64,000 nucleotides of DNA from Rhina ancylostomus. Taxonomy: Eukaryota. The notes beneath the pieces are model-generated. The model was not told where the DNA came from. It saw only the letters and a list, made by a program, of their open reading frames with translations, and did no database searches. This document shows positions 39,483-53,780 of this stretch, piece after piece. Positions within the stretch are counted from its first letter, which is position 1, and each line of letters starts with the position of its first letter. The DNA is taken from the NCBI GenBank assembly GCA_030265395.1, contig JARFYF010000050.1, forward strand, positions 18,934,044 through 18,998,043, given 5' to 3'. The position numbers and the translations under genes are program-made.

Positions 39483-41203
39483 NNNNNNNNNNNNNNNNNN
39501 NNNNNNNNNNNNNNNNNNNNNNNNNNNNNNNNNNNNNNNNNNNNNNNNNNNNNNNNNNNNNNNNNNNNNNNNNNNNNNNNNNATAAAGATTTTTTAAGCT
39601 TGGTGTTAATCAATATTTCAGATTAGTATTAAACTACATTGTAAGGATTCTGACCTATTCACAACTGAAGTCGTCTTTTCCTCAATTTCTTTTCCTAGTT
39701 TATTGCTGTTAAACTTCTAAATATTCAAATTTATAGTGTACATGTATTTATAAATAACATTTATATTATCCAAAATTAATCAGCTGCTAAAATTTTGCCA
39801 CATTTTCAAGTCATTAGATTCACACCAAATGAACAAACACAATGGATTTTTCTTAAAAACTTGTTCTTATTTAAAAAGAGCTGTGCCTAACAATAACAGA
39901 TGTAGCTTATGATACAAAGTTTGCAGCCATAAATGTTAATTACTTTTTATTATATTTGGTTATCTTATGCACAACCTGCTCAAGCACAGCAGAGTATTTG
40001 GGCAAGGTTCACTAAAGGAAGAACACAATTCGAGCAGAGGAAACATAAATCTTCCACTTCCAGTGGGAGTGTTACACCACTTCTTTTTCCACAATTGCAG
40101 GCTGCAAGCCTGGCTTACTAAACAGCAACAAAAACTATAAATGACAATAATTGGGCTCTCCTCCCTGATCACGAATTCAGCACGATTACCCTACTCAAAC
40201 TCACTACTGAAATTCATCCACAAACAGCCAGTGAACAATACTCAAAAACACTGGGTTACTAAGCAACTATATCCTAGCAAAGACTTGAGTAGCAGAAGAA
40301 CATAGGAAAATAATCAGTGATAAATACTTGGTGCAAATGCTTCTGAGATAACTATAATCCAATACCAGATTAGCTGTTACAGATATAGTTGTTTCCTTAT
40401 GAAAATTTTTCATCTGAAATCAAGACGTCAATATCAAAGAATAAGCAGTGATAACACCCCATTTATACTCTAACACAGCAAAAAATCTGGGTAAGCTATT
40501 TCCATCTCTGAAACATTACTGCTTGTTGATTAATCAGGTAAAATAAAAAGAGCCTGATCCACGTGACCAATTTTAGATTTAAGTGCTGTAGAATTCTGCA
40601 TTCAAAAGGAGCAGAAGAATGAGACTATGAAAGAGGATCCAGAAGGCAATGCTGCAGGTACATCAGCCCTTGCACTCAACCAACAAATTTTTTTTACAAC
40701 ACGTGGACCAAAGACATGTGTGGGCATACATTCAGGTTGGGAATGAAAAAGAATGCAATGGCAGTTAGGGCAGTTGATACTGTTGTCTACAGTTGTGACC
40801 CTAGATGAACTGAACAATTTGCAACTGTGTATGGCATTCTTCTGTATTCACTGTGATAGCTAATCTAACATTCTTCATAATTTATCTGATCAAACTTATT
40901 AACAAAGTCCTGCACAATCTGGAGCTAAGGATCAAAATCATGTATGCAGTTAATTGGGCCACTGCAACACAGCAGTTATGCTGTATAGGCAGATGGTAAG
41001 GAGGCAAGTTGGGAGCTGGTAAAAGGAAAATGTAACAAAATTACTTTTCACCATGAAATGGTTTCCTTTCAAGCATTTGGTATTATAACTATCTTACAGT
41101 GTGGCCATTTCAAGCACATGAGCAAATTTTAATACAACCACATAGCTGAATGTAGAGAGTCAAGGTAGGTGGAAAGGGCAAACAAAGTGAAGAAAAACCT
41201 TAC

Positions 41204-41314
41204 CTCCTCCTTGCATCATTTTGTAGATCTTGCTCTCAATGTGCAACTGTGGGTGTTTGGTTTTCACACATTCCAGCTTGATGGCTACCTCCTCTCCAGC
41301 AGCAATGTCAGTTC
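41204..41314 (-). CDS. CSNK1D: CK1 delta, coding exon 2
   Basis: (G)[36 protein letters not shown]. Acceptor ctcacag|, donor |GTAAGG. 111 nt, translated by hand. Confidence 0.98.
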
Positions 41315-44300
41315 CTGTGAGAAACAAAAAAAATCCTTACTTACATCAATGAAAGGCTTGTACAGATCTCAGCAAAGAACACCACCATGAAGCCATAGTT
41401 GCTACCTTGAAGGCAAAAGCATATCTTCAATATAGCAGTATGGAGCAACTTGCTAATGCAACACACTTGTCTTGAAGAGTTAACTAATACAACAAATTTG
41501 TCACTAAGGAACTGAAATTATCAGAAACTTGCAAAATGTAATCGCTTGTCCATTACATTAAATCAGAGGCCAAAGTTTATAGCTCCATTGATAGCTGACT
41601 ACAAAGCAGATACACAACTTGGGCAGCAAATGTCATAATTATAGGCAGTGGTTCCCTATGTTTTTCTGCGTAGGGACTGTAGTACTTTTACTATTTACAT
41701 AAACAGAGTTTACCCTACCACAAGTCAAATCAGAGGGGAAAAAAAGCATTTTGTAAAAACAGAATAAGTAATAAACTATTTGTGAAGCAGTTGTAAGGCA
41801 ATGAACTATAAACGGGAACTTCATCAATTTCCCAAAACGAGAAATTCCCCAGCATTTCACATTTCAGTTGCTTAGCTATTCCTGAATAAGTCCAGCAAAG
41901 TCATTACTCGAAGTTCTACTCTTCTAAATGGTCTTCCACGGTGTGATTTTGGAGGATCATTTGTCACTGGGTTACAAGCGCCTGACTTATGGATACCCCT
42001 ACATATGAACGAGCTCCCATAATATTATTAAATTCAAAAGTCTGACATGCTTACATACATTCATTCCTATGTACTGCAGAACTAGTTCTCTCCCCGCCCC
42101 CGTCCCCCCCTCCACTTTTGGCAATTATTCTCTCTTATCAGGTCTCATGTGCTTTTCACGTCATTGATTACAGTACTGTGGATGTATGGTTACCATATCA
42201 AATGAATTTTGTGTATTTTCCAACTTAAGGACTTGTAGACATCTGTAAAAAGAAAACAGAACCCATTCATTACCTGGGGATGGCCTGTAAGTGGTCATTG
42301 TTAATGAAGGCACAAGATATTCCTGCAAGAGATCCCCAGAAAAGTATCCTTGATCTAGTTATCAATTGTTTCTGCTAATTAACTGGCCTGATGCTGTGCC
42401 ATTATAATTCAAGTGGCAAATTGCATTCCAATTTCTTCAATGATGCAGCATGCCTTACCAGCTACTGTACACAGTGTCAATTAGTGACATTTTTACAAAC
42501 TCCAAGAACCTTCATTTGATCTTCAAAAGCTTGACTACCAAGTTACTTGTGAACAAAATCTCCAGGGGTGCTACTGATCAGAAGTTTAACAAGAGGCTCA
42601 CCTCCCAACTCAACAGCTATAACTCTGAAGTCAATATTGTGATGGAGTACTGACCATGTCTGAACAGTACAACTGAAACTACACTCACAAAGCTCAACTG
42701 CTCATACAGAAAAAAAACAGAACAATTTGCTCCACTCGCTGCACTGTCAAAACTTTGTTGGACTATATCAAGATGGTTGCAGCCACCATTTCTGAAGAGA
42801 ACTGCTCGTATTCAACCGTTTCCAGTTATGCAAGTCTGAGGTGCTGAATAACAGGTGCTGGCATAACAGAACTCCATGGAATCCAATGGCAGGGCCTAAT
42901 CAAATTATGCTGGGGACCCACCTTTCTCCATGCTAAAAATAAATCTGTAGCTTTCTAATTATTTAGAGCAAATCATTTTACTCCCCCTCCCCCCACACGT
43001 CTCTAATATCAAAGATGCTTATAAGCAAAGCCCCTGGGTTTGTCTACTGTCAGAGGCCACAAGGGGTTTCCAGCAAGGGCATAGCAGTGCTGGGGGGTGG
43101 GGCTGGGGGTGAGAGAGGAAGGGGAAATGGACAGTGTCTCAGCAGGACACTGCCTGAGGATTTGCTGTTCCTGAGACTTCATTACACTTACTATTCTCCT
43201 CCTGGTTGTAGGGGGTGGGTAACTCATTTGCTGCACTATGCATCATCTGCAGATACACATCATCGACTCACCAAATTCATGTCACCAAGAACATGTGCAT
43301 CTCTAATTCTAGTTCTCAGGTCAAAATTCTAATCAGTACTTGTTAGTGATGATAATTAGATGTTGACAGAACAGTGACAAGTTAGATGGGTGCAACTAGC
43401 GAGTGGTCTTCAGAGACTGGAAGATCTTTATTTTTTATCTAATATGTTAAGGAGTATTTTGGTTTCTTAAAAAAATCCCTTCCATCTGTTTGATGATACA
43501 AAAGCTCCAGCTAGAAAACACCAGATTCAGTATGCTCCATTGAACATGCAACATTTTATGAAAATCTAAAATAAAACTGTAAACAGCACAAGTCGTGGTA
43601 GGAAAGGAAATCGTGGGTTGGTTTATACTTGCAGCAGCCGACATCAAAAATGACTAACAGTTATGATAATGTGACCTTTAGAAGACTTAATTAAATGTAA
43701 CAGGTTGAATATTCTTATTCCAATATATACATGTACATGGATAAACAATGTAAACACGAAGCTTGAAATGCAACAGAACTGCCCTGTAACTAGCACGGTG
43801 GATGTAATATGTTTACATTATAAAAGAACAACTTTTTAAAGTACTGCAGGCTCCAGAAAAAGCATTTGGAGTCTACGATGTTAAAAATAATGATGCTTAT
43901 GGACATGCTGCTAGTAACAAAAATATCTTCCCAATTACATCCAACCAACCTGATTTGGCAAAGTAAACGCACAGGTCCAAGCATGCATACCAGCTAGCAA
44001 CAAATATAGTAAAAGCTTGAGACTGGGTAAATGCAATAATAGTGCATGCAGTGCCAGGAATGATAGCTTTCCTTTAACAATCTATTTAATATGGTGTTTA
44101 GACTGCTTTGATTCATGATATCGCATCCTTAGTGGAAAAGCAACTGCAACATTAAGTTTATAGACTTGCTACAACGAAGACCCCAGTTACTTTGATTTGA
44201 ATTGAAAACTTTACTTAAAAGCTGAGGCAAGGCAAAATAAGTCAAACTGAGCTCTCTAACTGTATAGAATTCAAATACAAAAAAAAGGAACAAACAATTC

Positions 44301-47300
44301 TTTGTTTTTAGCCAGTCAGCATTGCATACTTCTGCACTTATATAACTATACAGGGGTCTCCATATTACATAAGGGTTCCATTCCTGAGAACTGCCTATAG
44401 ACTGAATTTTCCTTAAATCAAAAACAAACTATTTCTTCCAAAATCNNNNNNNNNNNNNNNNNNNNNNNNNNNNNNNNNNNNNNNNNNNNNNNNNNNNNNN
44501 NNNNNNNNNNNNNNNNNNNNNNNNNNNNNNNNNNNNNNNNNNNNNNNNNNNNNNNNNNNNNNNNNNNNNNNNNNNNNNNNNNNNNNNNNNNNNNNNNNNN
44601 NNNNNNNNNNNNNNNNNNNNNNNNNNNNNNNNNNNNNNNNNNNNNNNNCAGAGAAACCCTGTATAACACACAGACCATACTTTTTAAAAAAATCTTTTCA
44701 AAGTGACACCAAAATCACTTGCAACGAAGCATGTAGTAGCAAAGACCCTACAAAGTCATAACTTATGCCTTAAAAGGAATTCCAATGGGAAGTCAGCAAG
44801 CTACTCATTGGAGGGTATTTCCCTACTGAGAGGGAGAGGAAAAAAAATCACAGGGCAAGTCACCTTGCATGTAAAGCCCCTATGATCTGATCTCAGGAGT
44901 TGCATTATCAAATGACTAGGAGCCAATGGCATTCAATTTAAGTTGTCCCAGAAAGGAATAACATAAAAAGGGAATAATTCGTATATGGAAATACTAGCTT
45001 AGATAAATTCAGAGCTGCAAGCCAGTTCTCAACTAGTAATTTAAATGATCTAGTTGATTCCGAGCAGTAATACTGTAATAAAATGAGTTCAATCTCTCCA
45101 TAAAGAACTCCTATGGCTATTTAAAGCATACTATTCTTCTGCAAACATACAAAAGCTTGAATTTTGCCTGCAGTGCACACACTGATCCATGTAATTTTCA
45201 CTTTGTATTTGGAGACTAACTTTGTTTTAATGTTTGTCAGTGGTCTTGTTCAGTAAATTATTTTACCTAATAATTGAATAGTTTTATCCACCTTGCCCAA
45301 AAATATGTACCAGAAAACTTTTTTTAAAAAAAGAACAATTTAACTATAATTTAATCTGTAATTTACCATATGATTTATCAAACCCAATCCAATGTTTCTA
45401 ATGTGCCCCTTCATTGTTACCTAGGTAAGTACATAATAAAATGTTATGTCTTTGAGAAACAGACACACGTGCACTTCTATGGACTTCATGGGAGTTGTCA
45501 CCAATTAGTCTGTGATTATCAAAAGTACATTGTTAGAATTAATTCTATGCTAGATGTAATTGGGTGAAGATGATAAAGGCAGACAAAAGGCAAGTGGCTC
45601 ATCAAGTTTAAAGTTGTTTCTGTATCTTCATTCCTCCAGACTTACTTTACCAAAACATAAATTGTTCTTCCAGACTAGAATATTTAAATGTGGATGAACT
45701 CGAAATATCCAAACAGAAATCATACAGGAAATTATGACTCACTTCTAACTAATTAGCCTATATAAAAAAAATGGACACTTGAAAACTGCTGATGGTAAAA
45801 AGTTTACACCAGTACAGCAAAACATTGTGACAAGTTGTGATGTAAGTTGGGAAGCATTGTACAAGGAGATAAAAGGGGAAGATCATATTGGCTGCTTAAG
45901 ATAAAGAATGCAGAATAATGTATTTGGGGGTAAATAAAAGCAGAAACACAATGTGCATGACTGAGCTGGACTACAGTTGAAATACTAGATGCAATTTTAG
46001 GTAAAAATGGGAAAGGAATGGCATATGGGCAGCAATAATTCACAAGGACTTTATCATAAATAAAGGGGTACATTCACGGAGAGATTTGAGAAGCTATTCT
46101 CTTTCCATTAGGCCTAATGTAGTTGCAGCTGAACTGACTTAGGTCTTCATAATGAAGAAGGGATAGTTGTAATGAAGGGAGATTACTTGCTCTGATCACA
46201 AAGACAATGAGAAGGTACTATGCTGAAGAATTAAAAGCTAGAAAAAAAGGTTACTAACAAATGGAATTCTCTGCCAAAAATTTAAGTATGGTTAAAAAGT
46301 TCCTACTTAAAGGAAAGCAGATTCTTGTAAAGTGCATGGGAAATGAGAATGCAAGCAAATACGACAGGCAGAATTATCTGTTCCTATGCCAAGATATTTC
46401 AGGGCTCTAGTTGACATCAATTTGCCTGGATTACAAACTGTTGATCAGGCCTGAGCAGTGTAAATAACAGGTTAGTTTGGATACATTCATGATAATGAAA
46501 TGACATCCTCACATGTGACATCTCTGTAGTCGTATTGCAAATTCTGTCCTCTGCTCTGGGCACATTATGCTGGGTGACACTTCCTTGTAGCTGGTAATGT
46601 TAAATGATACTATGCACGTAATCACTTTTTCCTGTAGCCTCCATAAAACCAATTTCAAATTGTATGGGACTCGAGGACAAAATGCACTGACCAAAAAAAT
46701 CAACCTATGCAGCTGTGAATGAACCAAATGGTACACTACATGGTTTTAGAATTATTCTAATTAGATGTATTTCAAGTATTTACTTTTTAACATTTACTAT
46801 TGATAAATTGTTTTATTCAAACATTAATGGGAAACCTTTAGCACTGCCATTTCACACTGCTTTTATTCAAAGAAAAATTAGGCTGAAGTACTGAAATATC
46901 ATCTCTTATACTGTACTATTTTAAGGCTTGAAAAATAAAACTCTTAATTTCAAATATAAATAATGATTCTGTGGGGATTGCAGGGCAGTTTAAAAAAAGT
47001 ATCATAGTACAGAGAACAGAGATGTAGGCTGCAAGCCCAAGGGCAATGCTGTGGAAAATGAAGATCCATGAAGTATGTGGCATTGATTTTGTAAATCATG
47101 GCTTTAAAAGAAAACATTATGGAATTGAGGCCTCTTAACCTCTGAAAGCAGGTGGACAGGTTTAGGTTACATCTACAATTGGAAGAGATGTGGCATATTG
47201 CCAATGATTACTCAAAATAAGTTACAAGAGGGGCAAGTTGTAACATAATAAGACTAAATATGAATGACATCAGCACACTTATATATATCCCTATACAAGG

Positions 47301-50300
47301 GAATGAGTGTAAATACTGAAATTTGCAGGCAGTGAAATCTACCTTTGCATGAGGGTAAGTGTTTGACAGATGAACTGAATCTGCTTTTTTTAATGCTGGA
47401 GCTTACAGTTATTTGGTCTCCTAGAAGGTTTATTAAGATGTGATTAAAAAAATACTAGTACTCTTTGAAACAAATAAAGCAAGTGATTGATGTGCTGTTT
47501 TGAATGGAGAGACCAAAAGACAAACAAAATGGCAAAGACAAATCCTTTGGTTGCCTTCACACGATCCATGTTCAAGTCATAGGCAAAAATAAAATCAGAT
47601 CTTCCCTTCTTTCTAACATTATTTAGCAACTGTTTGTTGTAATTTATACAAGTTCACAGAATTATGCACCTCCAAACATCTAGCTGAAGTGCCTTATATT
47701 TTGTTGGGTCTACATTCAGAAGTCAGGACTACATTTATTTACCTGCTAAGTATTTTGGAGACAACAATCACATTTGCACAAAAATACTGATTACCACACA
47801 TCGTTCTCAGTCATAGATACTAAGACTTTCTGCATTTGCACTGGTTCTATTCTCCACTTATCTGAGCAAATAAATGGGAAAAAAAAATCACTGGCTGGCA
47901 AGTGCAACTTTTCAAATTACACCCGAACTCTGGAAGTTACTCAAGGAAATTGATAAGAGTTTTCTTTTGCAAGATATTTTATAAATCAGTTTCTGTGCTT
48001 TAAGTACTAAATGCATACTTTAACTAGAATTGAGGCAGATGCATGCCATGATTTTCAATTTTTGTCATCTTCAGGGAAACAGAACGGAAACCAGTCATTC
48101 TTCTTGCCTAAATTACAAAACAAGCTGTTAGCTAAGGTCACTCACATATCAACCAACCAGCTAAAGATAGCAATACTGAAGACAAGACTAAGTCTATATT
48201 AGGTGGGAATGGCCTACCCCCCCACCCCCCTTCCAGTCCATGAACAAGACACCCATTTGTTCATCAATCCAGTTCCAAAACCAGACATTCCAAGTTTCTC
48301 CTAATGAGTTTCAACTATGGCATTAAAACCAAACTAAAATTTATTTTGTACATCACACTATTGTTTCTAAAGTTTATTTGTTTTTAATGTTTTGAGTAAA
48401 CTCCACTCAACTTTTTATTGAAATACAATTAAATACAAACATATTTCACGTCATTCTTCCTCAGTGGTGCCCAAAGCAATAATTTAAAGTTCATCATCAG
48501 TGAATTGAATCATTTCCTGTTCCCATAACAAAGTGTGTATTGGGCAAAATGTGTATTGGGCAAGAACACAAACTTGAAAAACATATTCTCACCATCATTT
48601 CCTCTGTGAGAAAAACATCAATCTAAAAGTTTTAAAACCAACTTGCTTCTTAGCTCCTACCAAATGTGTACTATCAGAATAATTTATGAGTCAGCTTACA
48701 TTTTACTATCAACACATTCTTAAAGCAGCCAATCAAATCAGCATATGGAGAAAGTATTAAGCTTACTAAGCCGGATCATAGTCAATAAACAATAGTTTAA
48801 AAGGCAATGCACTGTTTGGGTCTACTGCTGTATAAACCATGATTTGACCCAGGATCAAAAAATGCTGGTATACACAAATCTGTGGATTCAAAATGTTAAC
48901 CCCATTCTTCTTTGCACAGGCATTACCTGACTTGAGTATTTCCAAGCAACTTCCATTTTTATTTCAGATTTTCAGCATCTGCCATATTTTATTGTTTTGA
49001 TTATTTTCCATTGTGATTCTAGATAAAGCATTTAATCAGGAAACTTTTACAGAAAATTCAATGACAGAAGTCTGTTGTGGTGCTGGTTCATGTTGTGGTG
49101 CTGGTTCATGTTTAGATGTCAAATTACAAGCATGAAGTTGCTTTAACAAAGTAATTCTGATCCCTCTGCAGTCTTAAAATCTCTAATATTTTATAATTTA
49201 TTTCTAGGGAGGATTTTGGTTGCTGCTTGAACAGATGTTAGCTTCTTAAATATTTGAAGCATGCCTCAATGAGACAACTTCAATGCAAAATGCATCCTCC
49301 ACTTTTCCCAAAAATTAGAGATAAAACAATGACACTTATCCCCTCCTCTTAATTCCCAAGTTATAGTACAGCATTTATATGAAGTTATTCTAATGTTTGA
49401 CTCAGTGTTTGTTGTTTTGCCTGCCTCCAGGACACAATCACAGAACTTTGTTTGTAATATGGAATCCTACTTTCAGTTTGCTTCAGCAAATAGTTCCTCT
49501 CACAATTACTCTCCAAACAGGAAATCTAAAGGTGTCAAATCAAAATATCTCTCATTTGAGAACAACCACATCTACTTAAAAATAACCGAAATGTAAACAT
49601 TTCATAGAGCACCTTCACAGGACATACAATCTAACTTAACAGAAAATGCAAATACGTTAGCCTTTTCTCCTATATGAGGTAACTGTTTACTCCTGATACC
49701 TAAATTGTATTTCTGACCATGCTATTCTGACCTGTTCTTAATTTTGTATAAGCTGAAGCTGCAATTTCCTCATTTAACCCCCACCAATCAGAGAACTGGA
49801 GAATTCAGAAGGCTGTAGATTGGCAAATGTCAGGGTTATAAAGGGCTTTTAAAAAAAAGGCATGCATTTTAAATTTTGGGTACTAATGGACTGAAATCCA
49901 ATAACTTCCAAATTACAAATGCAGAAAAATCATCAAGACAGAGAATATGAATTCACAACTGGTGCAACTACAAAAGGGAAACTATTTCCTCAGCTTTGTA
50001 CTGTTGCGTCACATCAAAAGGTTATAGTACAGCTGCAAGTAACTGCAGGAACAAGATCATAATAACCAGAAAACAAATCTTCCTAAGAGAGGAAATGAGA
50101 CTTAAATTTATCCTCTGATTTCCATGCAAAATGATAAGATTCAGGAAACCTCCTAACACCCTAGAAAACAAGACCAAGCTTAGTGAAGTCACATAACACA
50201 CATTATACAGTACTAAACAAATATGGACAGGTGTGTTGAAACATCTTCATACCCACAGCTGATCACATACTTCGCAAAAAAAAATCAATTTTACTTAAAA

Positions 50301-53271
50301 ATCAGACAAGACAGCTTTTAGCCATCAAGGTGGCCCCTTCCCTTCCCAGTCTGAACCCTGCAGATGTTCACTAACCTCCATTATACAAGATGCTGCAACC
50401 AAAAATGATGAAAGCTTACATGCTTTGCTTTCATTCTTTTGTACTTTAGCTGCCTTTTTTTTAAATGCACATAAAAGAAACATTTAATCTGAAGAACGTA
50501 TAATTTTTGAAAAAGGATGGAAATAAAATCCATTAATGGCCAGCTGGTAGAGACTGTCAATCATATTCAGATGGTATTAGAATGCACTGTAGCATCAGCT
50601 GGGCCGGGTTCAAAATTTAAATAAAACTTTCAGTATACTTCTGCTTTTGAGGTCAATTCACCAAATGCAACATCTTTTTTCTTGAAAACAATGAAGAAAA
50701 CTGAAAATAAAACAGAATAAATTACAATGGTAATGGAGTTTTCAGTCAGCAATCAAATCATAGAGAAACCAGGTTTTAAAAAGACCTTCTGTCCAACTCT
50801 ACTATACTCTTGTACATTATCTAAAGCCATTTTGAGTGTTTTATAAAACAAATTACACAATACAGCTCCAGGACAAAGAAACAAAGGAATCAAGGCCTTG
50901 AGGGGGAGGGGAAATGGCAGGGAAAGCACAAGTCATAACAAAAAAAGGAACTCAGACAAACACACACTGAAATTTGATTCCTAAATCGACACTTTTTGAA
51001 GTGTGAGTTGCTTACAATCATTTCACCAAATAATTTAAAAATTGACTTGAAATGAGGAGTGATTTTTTTCCCTGCTTTTTGAAAAGGTTGGATAATATTT
51101 CCCTATTGCAATTGCAGTCTCTACCCCGCCCCCCCCCCCAAACCAACCTGCCACACAGAAAGANNNNNNNNNNNNNNNNNNNNNNNNNNNNNNNNNNNNN
51201 NNNNNNNNNNNNNNNNNNNNNNNNNNNNNNNNNNNNNNNNNNNNNNNNAAATAACTTATCAAAAGTCAGAATAAAATCCTTAAAATTTTAAAGAGTACAT
51301 GGTATATCAAAAATCCATACATACATTCTTAATAAATGTACATTGCTGAATTCTACATTATTAAAGAATAAATAATATAATCTAGTCTGTCCAAACACAC
51401 TTTGACCTGGAGCACACATATGACTCATTTCCTGAAACACTGCAAATCTTAACATTTCTCATTGTTCATAAACAAGAATCAGTCAATATTTGGAAGCTTC
51501 CAGTGGGAAAGCTAAAGTGACACAGTGAAATATCAAATGCAGTAATAAATTTGGTGTCTTGCAATACCCAATTCTAACTAGCCCTCTCTGATCTACATTG
51601 CAAATTTCAGAAGATAGCAACAGACAAATTGGACAGCATTCAAAAATTGCATGGATAGAAAACAAGCATGCACTCATGACATGGGTACCTTCAGAGATTT
51701 AGAAAGCTACTATATCTAGGGTTGTTCTTGACACAAGGAAAAAGTCAGCTGAATGCACTCACACTATATCAGCACAACTACAGTCAGGATTGCCATTAGG
51801 AATAGCATTCTGTGGGAGGTGCTATTTCTCTCAACAAGTTTCACTATTTTAGTGTATCAATTAAATATTTCCCTCCCCATTCGAAGTTTAATATAAATTC
51901 TGCCAATTTTGAAATTCACAAAACACATTTCAAACTTAAGAGTTAACATCCATTTTTGTTTCCACATAGATCAGATCCCAAACAAATGTTTCAATTACAA
52001 CTGAAGGCCTACTGGATATCAGTTAGTGTAGGACAGACATAACTGATCAGATCAGCACAAAATAAATTGGTCTTTCATATTGTATGAAGTTACTATTTTA
52101 AACAATAGTAAAATACCATAAACTGCTATTTTATTTCTCTTGCTCTTACATTCACCTTTCTCTGTGCTCTAGTCCAGTGCTACAATATAGCATGTGCACT
52201 CAGAAGTCATCCAGATCTAAGAAGGTACAAGCCATTACATCTTGCAACAAAAAAAATGTACTTGTTTCAAAAACTCCCAGGAATTATTGTTTAGCAACAC
52301 TCAACAAACACCTGGGTTGACCCCAAGTCTTATCCTTGATAATGCCGAAAAGGTAAGATTCTGTAAAAACTTTAGACGACACTGGCAGCAGTGTACTAAC
52401 CCCAAACATCACACAACTGGACAAGTTTTCTGGCTAGTGCCCAGAGAACTCCTATGACGGGCTCAAGATTTAAATGATAGACCATTCATCAAGAGCTTTT
52501 GGATAAATAATATGCTTTGGCCTGAACCAATCTGCGATCATTATATCATATGCAAAAAAAATTGATAATCCCGGCTCACGTCGTATGCTACATTTCACCA
52601 GGAAACAAATTTTATTTACTGAGCTCCCATAATCCATTTCTTCTACACAAACAATTACTTTGAAACACTTCTTTAGAAAACAGCAATGCCTTGACCACGA
52701 CTTCTGACAATTTGCGGAAGACTAGTTCAACCCCATCCTCTCAAAATTCACACAGCTTCTATCCCCGGGAGTATTACTTCATAGATCANNNNNNNNNNNN
52801 NNNNNNNNNNNNNNNNNNNNNNNNNNNNNNNNNNNNNNNNNNNNNNNNNNNNNNNNNNNNNNNNNNNNNNNNNNNNNNNNNNNNNNNNGTATTACTTCAT
52901 AGATCAGCTAAGGTTTTTCTTTAAAAATAAAAGGAGTTACGTTAGTCACACTCTCGTATGTGATTTGTTGCTCCAGTAAAATCTATCTGATAGTCTCTCC
53001 TTTGACGGATGGATTATTGAAACAGGTTATCTGGTGTGGACTCTGTCAGCTCTTTCTATATGGGATCCCCAGGATTCAATCTTCCCAGGTGCAGATTTAC
53101 GGATATGGAGATTGACTGTATGAATGACAGTTCGTCTTTCTAAACTGTTGCCATATCCATTCCACTCTGGGCCAGTGACACAGGATGAGATATCACACAC
53201 ATTGTTTTTAATTGAGTTATTATGAGTACTATTCTCTCTCGTCTTCCTTCCAATATCCACTCAGTTCTTAC

Positions 53272-53347
53272 CCAGGTAAATGTCTCCGAAGGACCCGCTG
53301 CCGATTTTCCTGCCGAGCCGGTACCTGTTTCCCACTCTCAGTTCCAT
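53272..53347 (-). CDS. CSNK1D: CK1 delta, coding exon 1
   Basis: gccATGG start, [25 protein letters not shown](G), donor |GTAAGA. 76 nt. NRYRL (delta) rather than NKYRL (epsilon), plus adjacency to SLC16A3, supports CSNK1D. Confidence 0.97.
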
Positions 53348-53639
53348 GGCTGGGGTTTCTCCTGGTACCCAGTGAATGTTTTTGATTTTAACCCGGTTAC
53401 TGAGGGAAACTCTCTATTTCAGTCCCTGTCTTTCTCAAAGAACGATTTTCACCATCACTTTTCTCGCTCCTTTTCAAATACACCCCGACAATATCTGCAC
53501 CAAACGACACGTTAAGAACTGCAGATTATGCTCCACCAAGTTTTATTGTCATTCTGTCCACCTGCACGCAGGATTGCATCGGATTCTAATCACTATCTCT
53601 CCCTCTCCCTCCCAGGATCTACTTCGCCATTACTGTACT

Positions 53640-53780
53640 GAGACAACCGACTGACGTCATATCCGCCGTCTGACGCCACTGGGTAGGGAGGAGCGAACGC
53701 CGGTGACGTCACATGTCTCGGTGATTGTTACTTTCGGAAGAGAAGCTCTTCTGTGTGGGAACTGCCGGCGCAAGATTCCC
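53640..53780 (-). promoter_or_regulatory. CSNK1D CpG-rich promoter with CRE sites
   Basis: TGACGTCA at 53652-53659 and 53704-53711, variant TGACGCCA at 53671-53678, and ETS-like CGGAAG at about 53735. Confidence 0.7.

Noticed and set aside
41960-44890. Possible Tigger/pogo-like MITE ends (41970-42290 and 44350-44885)
   Set aside because: Terminal inverted repeats too decayed or interrupted by a gap to delimit by eye.
49073-49112. 18-bp tandem duplication tgttgtggtgctggttca
   Set aside because: Ordinary intronic slippage duplication.
53272-53347. CSNK1E with SLC16A8 (the paralogous pair) as alternative identity
   Set aside because: NRYRL and TDIAAGEE fit delta, and the transporter ends in TPETSV as MCT4 does.
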